64,000 nucleotides of DNA from an uncultured virus (IMG/VR IMGVR_UViG_3300007216_003109) (lineage: Duplodnaviria; Heunggongvirae; Uroviricota; Caudoviricetes): the IMG/VR virus record IMGVR_UViG_3300007216_003109; one strand, written 5' to 3'. The notes below the pieces were generated by a model. It had not been told where the DNA came from. It did not search any database and worked only from the letters and a program-made list of their open reading frames with translations. Positions within the stretch are counted from its first letter, which is position 1. The number at the start of each line of letters is the position of its first letter. This document shows, piece by piece, positions 11,181 to 21,702 of this stretch. The position numbers and the translations under genes were made by a program.

Positions 11181-12102
11181 CATCCTCTAAGGATATTAAA
11201 CAACTATAAAAATTAATTTCTTGATCTACTACAAATGTAGTTCTGTATAAATACTCTGAAACTATAAGTAAGGCTCTCTTACTCTTTTCATTATCGAAAT
11301 TTAAATTATCATTTAAATAGTAAAACATTTCTTTTAAGAGTAGCTGATAATCAGCTTGAAACTTCTCTTCATTCTCAATACAATATTTTCTAGCTAAATT
11401 TGACTTCTTAGTCTTAACAAATTCAAAGCATTTATTAATTACATCACTTTTAATCGACAATTCAGGTATAACTAAATTATTAGAATGACTAAACTTTTGC
11501 AAATCATTAATAATCTTTCTTACATCAGGATATAATTTTTTAATTAGTAAAACTAAATTTTGCTTTTGTTCCTCTTTTATAGTTACTTGTTCAGCTTTTA
11601 AAATTTGAGATATTCTTTTGACTATTCCTTGAATGGGTGGGGTTAGATTTAACTCCTGACATCTACTCTGCAGTGCTTGAATAATTTTGTGTTTAAAATT
11701 ACCTGTTAAAATATATCTAGTATTACTACTAAACTCCTCCATAGTATTGCGCAAGGCTTTTTGAGCTTCTAAGCTAATACCATCTACTTCATCTAATATT
11801 ACTACCTTAATATTACCATCAAAGCTCTTGGTCTTAGAAAAGCTTACAACCTTGTTTCTAATAGTATCAATACCATTCTCATCACTCGCATTAATGTAAA
11901 GATATTGACATTGTAAAATACTATTAACAATAATTTTGGCTAAGGACGTCTTTCCGATACCTTGAATACCTACCAATAATAGATTAGGAATCTCTTTTTT
12001 AGAAACATATGTATCTAAAATCTTTCGTGTATCGTCGTTTAGAACGATATCGTTAAGATTTTTAGGTCTATATTTTTCTATCCAAAGATTATCAAAGTTC
12101 AT
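11170..12102 (-). CDS. gp44: Sliding-clamp loader ATPase subunit (gp44/RFC-like)
   Basis: 'LWIEKYRP', Walker A GIQGIGKT, 'INASDENGIDTIR', Walker B ILDEVD, 'LQSRC'. Confidence 0.95.
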   Translation of the reverse strand: MNFDNLWIEKYRPKNLNDIVLNDDTRKILDTYVSKKEIPNLLLVGIQGIGKTSLAKIIVNSILQCQYLYINASDENGIDTIRNKVVSFSKTKSFDGNIKVVILDEVDGISLEAQKALRNTMEEFSSNTRYILTGNFKHKIIQALQSRCQELNLTPPIQGIVKRISQILKAEQVTIKEEQKQNLVLLIKKLYPDVRKIINDLQKFSHSNNLVIPELSIKSDVINKCFEFVKTKKSNLARKYCIENEEKFQADYQLLLKEMFYYLNDNLNFDNEKSKRALLIVSEYLYRTTFVVDQEINFYSCLISLEDVIS

Positions 12103-12530
12103 TTACCAGAAGAACCAAATCCTTTTTCACCTCTACTAGATTGTACAGTCTTATCTGTAAATTGCACATTAAAGTTTGGTGCTAATGGATAAAGAACAAA
12201 TTGAGCTATTCTATCACCTTTTTTAACATGATAATCTGTATCTGATAAGTTGTATAACTTAATCCCTGCATCTCCTCTATATCCATTATCTATAATACCG
12301 GGATGTGCTAATATTCCATGCTTAAAGCCTAAACCGCTTCTGCTTTCAACTTTGATCCAATAGTTTTCAGGTATATAAGCGAATGTCAAGCCTACTCCAA
12401 CGACTGCTGATCCTTTTGCAGGTACAGTCTTATCTTCAATACAATAAACATCGTAGCCAGAATCAGATTCATTATTTTTAGTAGGTAAAATAGCTGAATC
12501 ATTAGTTTTAATAAAGGAAATTACGCTCAT
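12099..12530 (-). CDS. dut: Trimeric dUTPase
   Basis: Motifs SGYDV, SRSGL, GIIDNGYRG, GDRIAQ, RGEKGFGSSG. Confidence 0.97.
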   Translation of the reverse strand: MSVISFIKTNDSAILPTKNNESDSGYDVYCIEDKTVPAKGSAVVGVGLTFAYIPENYWIKVESRSGLGFKHGILAHPGIIDNGYRGDAGIKLYNLSDTDYHVKKGDRIAQFVLYPLAPNFNVQFTDKTVQSSRGEKGFGSSGK

Positions 12531-12536
12531 AGTTTT

Positions 12537-12564
12537 ATTATAGTTTTGACTATCTTATTATCAA
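12537..12564 (-). promoter_or_regulatory. Sigma70-like promoter for dut-gp44
   Basis: TTGATA-N16-TATAAT on -; -10 box ends 6 nt before the ATG. Confidence 0.6.
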
Positions 12565-12580
12565 CATAAATAATAATAAC

Positions 12581-13081
12581 ATGGCTGAAGAAAACAATGA
12601 TAATATTGATGACATTATAGATGCTCTTAAAGAAAAAAATGTCCAATTAACAAAAGAGATCAGAAAAGTATCTAAAGAAAATATAGAAGAATTTGTTATT
12701 GATAGTGCTGGTTCTGTTATTAATGAATGTGTTGATTTAGTAAAAAATTTAGGTATCTTTATGCAATCTGCTCCTAATGCTAAGGACCTTTCTGCATACG
12801 CTGAACTTATTAATGCTTCTGCAAACGCAATAGAAACATTAAACAAAATTATAGTTCAAGACAAAAAGAGTGATACACTTAAAGATCTAAAGAAGATGGA
12901 TCACAACATGAAAAAGGATTTACTTGGTGATGCAAAAGAAATGCTAACTTTATCTCGAGAAGATATGTTTAAAAAACTAAAAGGTATTGATATTATTGAT
13001 GTATCAACCACTGAATGTGAGGCTTCCAACGCTAGGGATACCGGGAGCATTAAATTGTCCGCTACAGACAACTCCCTCTAA
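12581..13081 (+). CDS. Putative terminase small subunit (gp16-like)
   Basis: Helical 166 aa; 'SAPNAKDLSAYAELINASANAIETLNKI' and 'LSREDMFKKLK' resemble the gp16 core and tail of T4-like phages; TAAATA at 12567-12572. Confidence 0.5.
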   Translation: MAEENNDNIDDIIDALKEKNVQLTKEIRKVSKENIEEFVIDSAGSVINECVDLVKNLGIFMQSAPNAKDLSAYAELINASANAIETLNKIIVQDKKSDTLKDLKKMDHNMKKDLLGDAKEMLTLSREDMFKKLKGIDIIDVSTTECEASNARDTGSIKLSATDNSL

Positions 13082-14674
13082 AAAGCCTATAATTGCATCG
13101 GTTATTTCATCTAATACTCTATCTGATAAATTCTTTATTATATCATCAAAATTGTTTGTTAAGTCGAACAAAGTGCCTAACGAGAAGGAAGGGATTGGTA
13201 GGTTTAGGCTAAATGCACTGAATATAGAAGTTACGTCAAAGTTCTGAATTGTATTCATTAATGTGTTAAGCTGTTGATCGAGATCAAAGTTCTTTAAGAA
13301 TCTTAAATCAAAAGGTATTATAGATGTTAAATCAATACCAAGTTGTTGTAAGAATTGAGTATTAAACGGATTAACAGCTTCTAATACACTATAAAAATCA
13401 AAATCTAAATCTAAAATATTATCTAAGTTATTAAAAGGATCGTCAATACCGTTAAAGAGACCTACAATTGATCCTATACCTAAGCAATCATATATGCCTG
13501 CAGCCCATTCTGGTGGTTGATATGTTGGGTTAGATGCATTGCTAGGATAAAATTTAGCTGATGAGTAAGAAGGTGCATCTTTTTCAAGGTCATTAGCAAC
13601 TTGATCGTTAGTTTTTTCACTCTTAGCTTTGTCTATATTTGTTTGCTTTGAAAATTCTGCACTTGTAGTTAAAGATTCATTTTCTTTCTTAGATAGTCTT
13701 TTAGTTATAGAGCTAATAGACATATTTGTAAGGCTTGTAAGTAAATTTCCCGATCTGGTAATTTGATCGATCTGTTCGGGTGTATAAGCATTTTGTTGAA
13801 TAGTTTCTATCTTTTCAGTAGACAAGACATCATCATTTAAAACTTTTTGTTTGATAAACATTATTTTATTATTAAGCAAGTCTACTTTAGTTTTTATTTG
13901 TTCGATATCAATTTCTATATTTTCATATTCTACTATTTTCTGTAAATTGCTTTTTGTTGTATCTTGTGCATTATATGCCTTGTTATCATAAAGATTACAA
14001 AAGTAAGCTAATATTTTAATTTCATTTTTAAACTTTTGCTTAATTTGATTAAAATAGCTTTCTGCATACTCATTTTCAGTTCTCGAGAAGTGATATGAGT
14101 CAGTTACAAGATTTACACCATGTGCAGATTTTGAATCGTAGTTCCTGCTTTGAACTGTTGATATGCTTGATCTAAACATAGAATTTGTTCTAAAACTAGC
14201 TATTGTAAGCATTTTATAAGTCCATGGTGAAACTTTATTGTATGCATTGTAAGGTAAATAATCCGGCATTTGTTGACTATTACCCATAAAATCTTGTACA
14301 TTTTGGGTACTATCATCTAGTACATACCTTGCATTAGAAAATTTACCGATGCTATCGCTTTTAATCTTAAGAGACTCAACATTAATTTTTTCTTTTATGT
14401 ATTCTGGTGCAGTATTAGCTTTTTCATACCAATAAGCAACAAATTCAGTATCAAAATTTTCTATTTTAGTACTTAAAGAGTTAAAAAAGTCCGTTCTTTC
14501 TTTTACAGTATCATTGGTGTGATATGTTGTTCTATATTCTAGTGCGGTTTCAATTTGATCTATAAAATTGCTAAATAAGTCTAGATAATTTGAGTATTTT
14601 TCTAAAATATTTTTAGAATTTGCTAAATTTAAGTCGCATAAATCTGGAGTAATTGTTTTGGTTATTATGCTCAT
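13004..14674 (-). CDS. Hypothetical protein in the baseplate hub operon
   Basis: 556 aa, ATGA-coupled to the gp27-like gene; no recognisable motif. Confidence 0.6.
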   Translation of the reverse strand: MSIITKTITPDLCDLNLANSKNILEKYSNYLDLFSNFIDQIETALEYRTTYHTNDTVKERTDFFNSLSTKIENFDTEFVAYWYEKANTAPEYIKEKINVESLKIKSDSIGKFSNARYVLDDSTQNVQDFMGNSQQMPDYLPYNAYNKVSPWTYKMLTIASFRTNSMFRSSISTVQSRNYDSKSAHGVNLVTDSYHFSRTENEYAESYFNQIKQKFKNEIKILAYFCNLYDNKAYNAQDTTKSNLQKIVEYENIEIDIEQIKTKVDLLNNKIMFIKQKVLNDDVLSTEKIETIQQNAYTPEQIDQITRSGNLLTSLTNMSISSITKRLSKKENESLTTSAEFSKQTNIDKAKSEKTNDQVANDLEKDAPSYSSAKFYPSNASNPTYQPPEWAAGIYDCLGIGSIVGLFNGIDDPFNNLDNILDLDFDFYSVLEAVNPFNTQFLQQLGIDLTSIIPFDLRFLKNFDLDQQLNTLMNTIQNFDVTSIFSAFSLNLPIPSFSLGTLFDLTNNFDDIIKNLSDRVLDEITDAIIGFLEGVVCSGQFNAPGIPSVGSLTFSG

Positions 14675-16272
14675 AGTATTAATTCGTTATTTTTAGGGTC
14701 ATTAAATATATATGGTTTAACACAAGTAATTTCGTTTTTATAAGAGCTATTTCTAAATACATGTCTTACATTTACTACAAAATATATACCTAATAATTTG
14801 TTGTCAAACTTACTTTCAGGTATAGACGTTTGTCTATCAACAGAAATAAATCTACCTGCTTGTCTAAATGTTAACCCTGGGCATGTAAAATTTAGAGTGT
14901 TGTTTAGGAACAAAGCATTTTTTAAAAAGTCGTTTCTTCCTTTATACAGCCTCTGTTCTTTAGATTCAAAATTTGCAGCATAATCAGCATCATAGTTTTT
15001 ATTTGCTACTCTATAATAGTTTTTTGTTAAGGAACTAAAAGGATTAGCACCAATATCACCTTTTAATCCTTCAATATAGTTTTTCTTATAGATGTCTAGA
15101 TTTTTTTCGAAATTGTTTTCTTGTACATCTACTATAAATTCTTTCTCGTTATAGTCGTAAGTATGTATCATTTTTGAAACAAGGCGATCTTGAACGCTAA
15201 ACCCTGCTGGTGGTGAAAATCTAAAATCTTCTATATAACTATAATCTGGTAGTGAAGGTATATTCTTATAGCTAGTAGGTGTTCTAGATATATTATTATA
15301 TGACGCTTCTGTATCAGAATAATTACCTATCATAAATTTTTCTAAATGGAAGGATCCGCCAGAATCTGCATTTGTAGTAAAAGCTTTATTATAAGCTTTG
15401 CTAAAATAATCTTTTAATGATCTAAAAGACCAATTATTAGTAAATCTTTCCCTTCTTAAAATACAAAAATCAAAGTTATTGCCTGGTGAACTTACATGTC
15501 TTTCTACTAGATATTCTAAGTCGTTTATGCTTTTTTGATCGGTAGGCGAAGAATAGAATATGCTTGCATATCCCTCATCAAAATCCTCTTCAAATTCAGT
15601 TTTATACCCTTCGTCTTTTGGAAAAACATTTTTTAATAAATTTTTAATAGCTAAACCTGTCTTAATGCCTCTTTCTGAGTTATCCTTTAATAATGCACCT
15701 TCTTTATCAACAAAATTTGCAGTACTAAAATCAGAATTTTTTTCTCTTAAAAGTTGATATGTAAAATCCCAAAAATATATTTTTTTATACTTTACTCCGA
15801 CTTGATTTTCAATAATTATATCTTCCGTATTATATATAGAAAATACGAACTTTAGTCTCCAGACTTTTTCAATTTCCTCCCCATAATTATAATCAAAAGA
15901 CTGATTATTAAGCTTTGGTATTATATCGACAATCAAAAAGTCCCTCGAATCACCTCTAAATGAAAATGGTAATACCTTATTACCATCCACATAGCTAAAA
16001 TTACTAAAACTTTTGGCACTATTACTATTAGGGGGATTGGTAGGCAAACTTTCTAAAGCGTCTTGATCGTTCCTAAAAACTAGGTAGCCTTTATGATAGA
16101 AATCTAAAAAATTATCTTCTAATACAAATTCATTTATATTTTGATTTCTAAGTCTTACAAATTCATCGTTTGCATTATACATCATTACATCAAAAAGATA
16201 TTCTTGATTGTTTTGTAATCTAAAAATATTATCTGCTTCTGGTGTTGGTAGTGCTGTATTAAATGTACTCAT
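14671..16272 (-). CDS. Baseplate hub protein (gp27/GpD-like)
   Basis: C-terminal 'LNFTCPGLTFRQAGRFISV...LLGIYFVVNVRHVF...YKNEITCVK' hub signature; follows gp53. Confidence 0.7.
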   Translation of the reverse strand: MSTFNTALPTPEADNIFRLQNNQEYLFDVMMYNANDEFVRLRNQNINEFVLEDNFLDFYHKGYLVFRNDQDALESLPTNPPNSNSAKSFSNFSYVDGNKVLPFSFRGDSRDFLIVDIIPKLNNQSFDYNYGEEIEKVWRLKFVFSIYNTEDIIIENQVGVKYKKIYFWDFTYQLLREKNSDFSTANFVDKEGALLKDNSERGIKTGLAIKNLLKNVFPKDEGYKTEFEEDFDEGYASIFYSSPTDQKSINDLEYLVERHVSSPGNNFDFCILRRERFTNNWSFRSLKDYFSKAYNKAFTTNADSGGSFHLEKFMIGNYSDTEASYNNISRTPTSYKNIPSLPDYSYIEDFRFSPPAGFSVQDRLVSKMIHTYDYNEKEFIVDVQENNFEKNLDIYKKNYIEGLKGDIGANPFSSLTKNYYRVANKNYDADYAANFESKEQRLYKGRNDFLKNALFLNNTLNFTCPGLTFRQAGRFISVDRQTSIPESKFDNKLLGIYFVVNVRHVFRNSSYKNEITCVKPYIFNDPKNNELIL

Positions 16273-16640
16273 GTAAGCTTAAGTTTTAAGTTTATTTCAT
16301 CAAAAATATATCTTAAAAATTCTCTTCTTACTATTTTTAGTTCTGAACCAACATCTGGAAATGATATGGGATTATCAATCTTATTTATAATACATATTAA
16401 CCACCATAAATCCATAGTTTCATATTCATTAAAAGATATCATAGACCAAGGCATTCTTTGTGAAACCTTAATTGTATAAAATATAGAAGGGTTGATATCA
16501 TCCGGGAACTGTATTGTATTTAAAATATTATAATAAAACTGCTTATTGTCTGTTTCATACATTTTAAAAATATTTTCATATCTACCTGTAGCGAGCTTTG
16601 GTAGTTCAGATATTTCGTTTTGAAATTTTCCGTCTATCAT
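16269..16640 (-). CDS. gp53: Baseplate wedge gp53-like (LysM-like)
   Basis: 'PWSMISFNEYETMDLWWLICIINKIDNP...GSELKI' gp53 pattern. Confidence 0.8.
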   Translation of the reverse strand: MIDGKFQNEISELPKLATGRYENIFKMYETDNKQFYYNILNTIQFPDDINPSIFYTIKVSQRMPWSMISFNEYETMDLWWLICIINKIDNPISFPDVGSELKIVRREFLRYIFDEINLKLKLT

Positions 16641-18034
16641 ACTAATCCTCCGTTATTTATACCTGGTAAAATACTTGATGGTAAGCTTACAGAACCAGTT
16701 AAGAGAGTATTACCTCCACCGCCGTTTAACTTTAAAATATTTTGTAAAGTATCACTAAACCCACCTACCTGATTACTGAATAATTTGGAGGACGTAGAAG
16801 TTTGTACTAATAGTCTCTTTTGATATAATAAAGAGTACATAAAATTTCTTGTTTCTGCTATCAAGCTCTTTAGCGTAATAGTTACTTTATAAGCGTCAGG
16901 AACAATAGTTTCAAAACCTTCATTAGATCCATTAAGTTGAGAGAATGTTCTTCCTGAAGAAGTGAGTTGTGGTATAGGAAGTATCATTGTTCTTCTCGAG
17001 CCAACAAATTCAATATTAAGTCTTGAAACGTATGCAAAGGGTGTATATTTTACACCAGGTATTAATACCTCATAGATAACTGCAGGTTCAATAATATCTC
17101 TTGAAACTCTTGAAGGTCTGTTTTGATAGACTAATAAGAATAGTAATTGCCAATTTTTAATTACATCATCAAAGGTTGCATTACCGGTATTAATTAAAGG
17201 AAATTCAAAAGTAAATTCATCACCCCCATCTTCAAATTTATACATTTTAGTCTTTTCAATATATGTACCGGGTTTAGATAGATTATAAAGCTGAGAAAAA
17301 TTTGTTACTACATCTCTCAAAGCTCCAACGGCTTCTCCACCGATACCTTCAAGATCACCAAACATATTCATTACTGAATTATTTTGATTATCAAAATATG
17401 GTAAATTATATGTCCAGCCGGTAGGTTCAGTAAAATATAAACCATCATATGGAGCCAATACCCCTTGTAATTCGTTTAAGCCTACTTTAGCAGAAACTTT
17501 TTCAATTCCGCTTCTTAGTAAATTAACTGCATTCGAAAGTGTTGCGTTGTTGCCAACAATATTTTGTAATCCTCCGCCTATAGAAGAAAATAAACTGTTA
17601 GCTCCTGCTCCCGCATTTAATAAAGACCCGGCAACATTACCTAATGTGCCGCCACCCTGTCTTAAATTACCTAGTACAGAACCCAACACACCGCTAACTT
17701 CTCTTGAAACATCTCCTACTTTTGATACACCAGTGCCTACTGAATAAAAAGCCTGGTTTACTATAGCATTAACATTTATTCTCTTTTCAACTAATTCGAT
17801 TCTAGGAACTTCAGCTCTATAAATTTGATCAGGGTTAGTTCTAGGGTTTTGAATAGTCCAATAAAAATTATTTACAACATCAATTTTATAATTGTTTAAA
17901 CTTGCAGAATTTCTTAAAAAATTAGGGCTTTCAGAATTAAAACTTTTTGTACCTGCAGGTATTAAGCTAGGTGGTGCACTAGAATATATTCTTTTATCAT
18001 TATTGTTAAATGAAAATTCCCACAGATAGGCCAT
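16637..18034 (-). CDS. Baseplate-tail tube junction protein (gp48-like)
   Basis: Gly-rich central region, then 'FTFEFPLIN...P..YEVLIPG...AYVSRLNIEF...PDAYKVTITLKSL' tube-fold pattern; position between tape measure and gp53. Confidence 0.55.
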   Translation of the reverse strand: MAYLWEFSFNNNDKRIYSSAPPSLIPAGTKSFNSESPNFLRNSASLNNYKIDVVNNFYWTIQNPRTNPDQIYRAEVPRIELVEKRINVNAIVNQAFYSVGTGVSKVGDVSREVSGVLGSVLGNLRQGGGTLGNVAGSLLNAGAGANSLFSSIGGGLQNIVGNNATLSNAVNLLRSGIEKVSAKVGLNELQGVLAPYDGLYFTEPTGWTYNLPYFDNQNNSVMNMFGDLEGIGGEAVGALRDVVTNFSQLYNLSKPGTYIEKTKMYKFEDGGDEFTFEFPLINTGNATFDDVIKNWQLLFLLVYQNRPSRVSRDIIEPAVIYEVLIPGVKYTPFAYVSRLNIEFVGSRRTMILPIPQLTSSGRTFSQLNGSNEGFETIVPDAYKVTITLKSLIAETRNFMYSLLYQKRLLVQTSTSSKLFSNQVGGFSDTLQNILKLNGGGGNTLLTGSVSLPSSILPGINNGGLV

Positions 18035-18054
18035 GTATATATTTAATAACTAAA

Positions 18055-19953
18055 TCAGGTAGCTAAAAGTGATTTTCTAAACATATCTATCATATTTGGT
18101 GAATTATGTACTACAGTATTGTTGCTTACGGAAGAAATAGCAGTATTGCCCTTTGTTTCTTCAGTATTAGCTCTTACTTGTTTAAGTACCTCTAATTGCT
18201 CACTCAATAATCTATATAAAGATTCAAGCTTGTCTCTAGTTGGTGTTTCAGTACTTTCCATTCTAGTAGCAATTGCTACTTCTGGAGGTGTATACTCTAT
18301 ATCTGGTTCAAAAACTGGTTCTTTATATTCCACTAATTCTTCTTCTTTAGCATCCTTTAAGTCCTCTAAGTTTTCATTAGTATCTTCTGTTTCTTTAAAT
18401 AATTTTTCCATCCAATTTTCTTCTTCTTTTTGTGCTGATACCTCTTGAGGTACTGTTGCGGGTACAGCTGTGATTTGTGTAGATGTAATTTCGCTTGATC
18501 TATCTTTAGGGCCACTAAAATTATTAACAAGCTTTTTAACCCATTCTGGTGCTTTATCTAATAAACTTCTAGCCCAGGCAACAATATCAATATTAAATTT
18601 TTCTTTTATAAATCCTAAAATTTTCTTAATTGGCCATAATAATAATGCTCTAATCTTATTGAGCGCGTTAAAGATCTTATCAGTAAATGACCCGCTAAAG
18701 AAATCTTGTACTTTTTTCTTTACTTCTTCACCAAAAATTTTACCAGCTACCCATGAAAGTATCTTGCCTAATCCTTGAAAAATTAAATCAGGCACTGCTA
18801 ATATAATTCTCATTACACCCTCTATTATATTGCCTTCTGAAAATGCAGCTGAAATTTTATCAGTAAGTTTTTTAATATTTTCAAAATTTAGCAATCCTAA
18901 AGTAAAAAAGCTTACTATGCCTCCTAGTAACCCATCCAGTACTGATTTAAAGCTTAGTCCTTGCTGCTTAATACTACCAATCATATTTGTAACAATATCA
19001 AATATAGCTATTACTGGTCCGAGTAATCTACCAAAAACTCTAGCTATTTTAAAAATAGGTGATTTTGAAAGTATACCAAACATCTTGCTAACAACACCTC
19101 TAGCTATTGCAACAAACTTACCGACAACACTACCTATTCTTGCAAAAATATTTTTAGCAAAATTTAATGCATTGCCCATTTTCTGTAACCCTTTACCTAC
19201 AGGACCAGTTCCTCTAAAAAAGTCTCCTATTCTCCTTATCATTTTACCTAAAAATGAATCAGAGCCAAATATTCTTGCAAGCCATTGAAATATTTTTGAA
19301 CCTCTTATCTTAGCTAATACACTACTAAAAAATCTAGATATAGCTTGACCTAGTTTAGATTTACTAACTGCTGAAAAAACTCTAGACATTGCATCAAGAA
19401 ATTTTTTATTTAATGCTGCAGCTACTCCTCTTAAAAAAGGTAAAAAATTAAATGTTTTTAAAAGACTCTTAAGTGCTCTAAACCAATCTTTTATAAAATC
19501 AAGAATGCCTATCAAGACTCCTGCTAATAGAGCTACCAATGTTAATAACCACCCAGGTTTTTTACCTTCCTCAAATTTTCTACCCTCTTTCTTTTGACCT
19601 AGTGCTTCAACTATTTCATCTCTTAATAGCTTTACAATTCTAGGATTAATATCTTCTATTTTAACGTTAACAATTTTACCGCCAATTCTTTTAGCTCCTT
19701 CTTCTGCAAGTGATTTTTCAGCTCCACCTTCATTATTGCTTTTTTTTGCTGCGGCGTTACCTAATGTTAGTAAAGCTTCGAAATATTCTTTAAACTCTGA
19801 TTTAGTATAATCAAATAACTGCTTAAGCTTAGGTTTATTGCTCTTAGTTAACGAATCAATGCTATTATCCTGGGTGCTTTTAGCTAAATTATCAATTTTT
19901 TTAGATAGTTTTTCAATAGCATCAATAAAATTATTGAAGATCTCCTCAGGCAT
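18055..19953 (-). CDS. Tape measure / gp29-like protein
   Basis: 632 aa, long amphipathic helical region with periodic F/W/G and hydrophobic segments; baseplate hub synteny. Confidence 0.65.
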   Translation of the reverse strand: MPEEIFNNFIDAIEKLSKKIDNLAKSTQDNSIDSLTKSNKPKLKQLFDYTKSEFKEYFEALLTLGNAAAKKSNNEGGAEKSLAEEGAKRIGGKIVNVKIEDINPRIVKLLRDEIVEALGQKKEGRKFEEGKKPGWLLTLVALLAGVLIGILDFIKDWFRALKSLLKTFNFLPFLRGVAAALNKKFLDAMSRVFSAVSKSKLGQAISRFFSSVLAKIRGSKIFQWLARIFGSDSFLGKMIRRIGDFFRGTGPVGKGLQKMGNALNFAKNIFARIGSVVGKFVAIARGVVSKMFGILSKSPIFKIARVFGRLLGPVIAIFDIVTNMIGSIKQQGLSFKSVLDGLLGGIVSFFTLGLLNFENIKKLTDKISAAFSEGNIIEGVMRIILAVPDLIFQGLGKILSWVAGKIFGEEVKKKVQDFFSGSFTDKIFNALNKIRALLLWPIKKILGFIKEKFNIDIVAWARSLLDKAPEWVKKLVNNFSGPKDRSSEITSTQITAVPATVPQEVSAQKEEENWMEKLFKETEDTNENLEDLKDAKEEELVEYKEPVFEPDIEYTPPEVAIATRMESTETPTRDKLESLYRLLSEQLEVLKQVRANTEETKGNTAISSVSNNTVVHNSPNMIDMFRKSLLAT

Positions 19954-19967
19954 AAGTATGTAAATAC

Positions 19968-20756
19968 TTATTCGCTACTAAAGAATGAGGCATCGATTGT
20001 TACGTTAAAATCTTTACCGTTTACTTTGAATACTTGATACTGTTTTTCGTAATCTCTTACTTTTTCAACAAAATCCATTATTTCCTTGTTTACGTTGGCG
20101 GGAAGAGTTTCAATTGCTTTAATTTGCTGAGAAATAGTTAATTCTCTAAAGTTTAGCTTATCCTCACCTACAGTAATTGAATCTATAAACTTTGTTAATT
20201 CGTATACAAACAACTCACTGATAATATCTTTTATACCATTATCTTTTTCTAGTAAATGAGATAAATTTTTTTGTGCTTCTTTGTTAGCTTTATTATCAGT
20301 ACTAAGTGTAGGTGTCTTGACTTCAATTTTTAAAGTATCTACTGTTATATTTTTTGAGATAATATCGGAGTTTGCTATCAAATTTAGAGAGGTTAGGTGT
20401 TGCTCCAGGCTACCAAACACATTTGTATCTTCGTCATCACCAGTTTCTTCATTAACTTTAGTTAATTTAATTTTATCACCAAAAATATTTTTTCTTAAAT
20501 TAAAAGCAACATTAAGTCTATCAAATACTAAGAAATTAATATTTTTTTCAACACAATTTTCAGTAATAATATCATTTAAAACTGTATTAAGAGAAATACC
20601 AGGAATATTTTTATCGAGAGAGGACTTAATTATATCTTTTTGTTGTCTTATGTTTAATGGCTTAAATTCAATGTTTCTATTTTGAGAAGGGACAAATACA
20701 GATATATTTTTAGCTTGTAAATCCAAGATTTTTTGTAAAACTGCTTCAGAACTCAT
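19968..20756 (-). CDS. Baseplate hub assembly protein gp26-like
   Basis: 'VPSQNRNIEFKPLNIRQQK', 'FDRLNVAFNLRK', C-terminal 'IDASFF' as in the gp26 family. Confidence 0.7.
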   Translation of the reverse strand: MSSEAVLQKILDLQAKNISVFVPSQNRNIEFKPLNIRQQKDIIKSSLDKNIPGISLNTVLNDIITENCVEKNINFLVFDRLNVAFNLRKNIFGDKIKLTKVNEETGDDEDTNVFGSLEQHLTSLNLIANSDIISKNITVDTLKIEVKTPTLSTDNKANKEAQKNLSHLLEKDNGIKDIISELFVYELTKFIDSITVGEDKLNFRELTISQQIKAIETLPANVNKEIMDFVEKVRDYEKQYQVFKVNGKDFNVTIDASFFSSE

Positions 20757-20776
20757 TAGAATTATTTAAGATTGGG

Positions 20777-21667
20777 CTATGGTTTTGCAATTGTGGGTCC
20801 TTTATCCTTTTTTCCGATTTGTTCTATTTCTTTATTTTGTTCTTCTACATCCTTCTTAAACATGTTATACAGTAATAATGATTCGGAAGGAACTAAGTTA
20901 TAAAACTCGTCTAATTTAAGTTTTACTTTGTTAACCATCACATATATAAATTCAAAATAGCTTAATAGGTTTTCGTGATAGACTAATTCAAGAAAAGATA
21001 TTAGAGAGTTGTTGAAGAAATTTACTTTTAATGTATTAAGTTCTGGAAGCTTAGTGTTTTCCGACATAAATGCAGCATTTTTTGTTGAATTATTAGATGT
21101 ATCAAAGAAAGAAATTACTTTATTTAAATTATCTCCTGAAATACTATCTAATACTTTATTTTTTTCGTCTAAAGGTAAGCTATTTAAATAGACTCTATCT
21201 TCACCGTGCCTTATATACATTAAACATTCAGAAAAAATTGTGTCGAAGTTTTCAATATAAAGAGATTTAGGAATAGAGAGTCCAATATAAACAGAATTGT
21301 TAAGTTCTATTTCAGTTTTAGTAATAAAATTCTTCTCTGTTATTTCTTTTATAATATTAAAAAGATTATACGAAAGTGAGGCTTCTTTTTTATCTTCATT
21401 TTTAATAACAAACTTCAATTCTTGGTTAATATTAACAGCTTTATATTGAAGCATTATAATTAATTTGTCAAAACAATCAAAACTATCTTTATATTCCCTG
21501 TCAAATAAGTTTTTATCTATAATGTAATCTATATAATTACTAAAGCCTTTTGAGTCTTTATTTGTAATGAACTTTAGAACATTTATTAATAACAAATTAT
21601 TAAACTCTTTAAATCTAAGTTTTTTATCTAAACTCGGAACATAAAGATTAATATAAAAACTGTCCAT
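20777..21667 (-). CDS. Second gp26-like hub assembly protein with gp51-like C-terminus
   Basis: 'VPSLDKKLRFKEF', 'FDKLIIMLQYKA'; C-terminal 'LLSYFEFIYVMV...LDEFYNLVPSESLLLYNM' is gp51-like. Start placed at MDSF (21667) rather than 21685. Confidence 0.6.
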   Translation of the reverse strand: MDSFYINLYVPSLDKKLRFKEFNNLLLINVLKFITNKDSKGFSNYIDYIIDKNLFDREYKDSFDCFDKLIIMLQYKAVNINQELKFVIKNEDKKEASLSYNLFNIIKEITEKNFITKTEIELNNSVYIGLSIPKSLYIENFDTIFSECLMYIRHGEDRVYLNSLPLDEKNKVLDSISGDNLNKVISFFDTSNNSTKNAAFMSENTKLPELNTLKVNFFNNSLISFLELVYHENLLSYFEFIYVMVNKVKLKLDEFYNLVPSESLLLYNMFKKDVEEQNKEIEQIGKKDKGPTIAKP

Positions 21668-21702
21668 TAAGTAATTTATATACAATTTATGTTTAATAAA
21701 CT

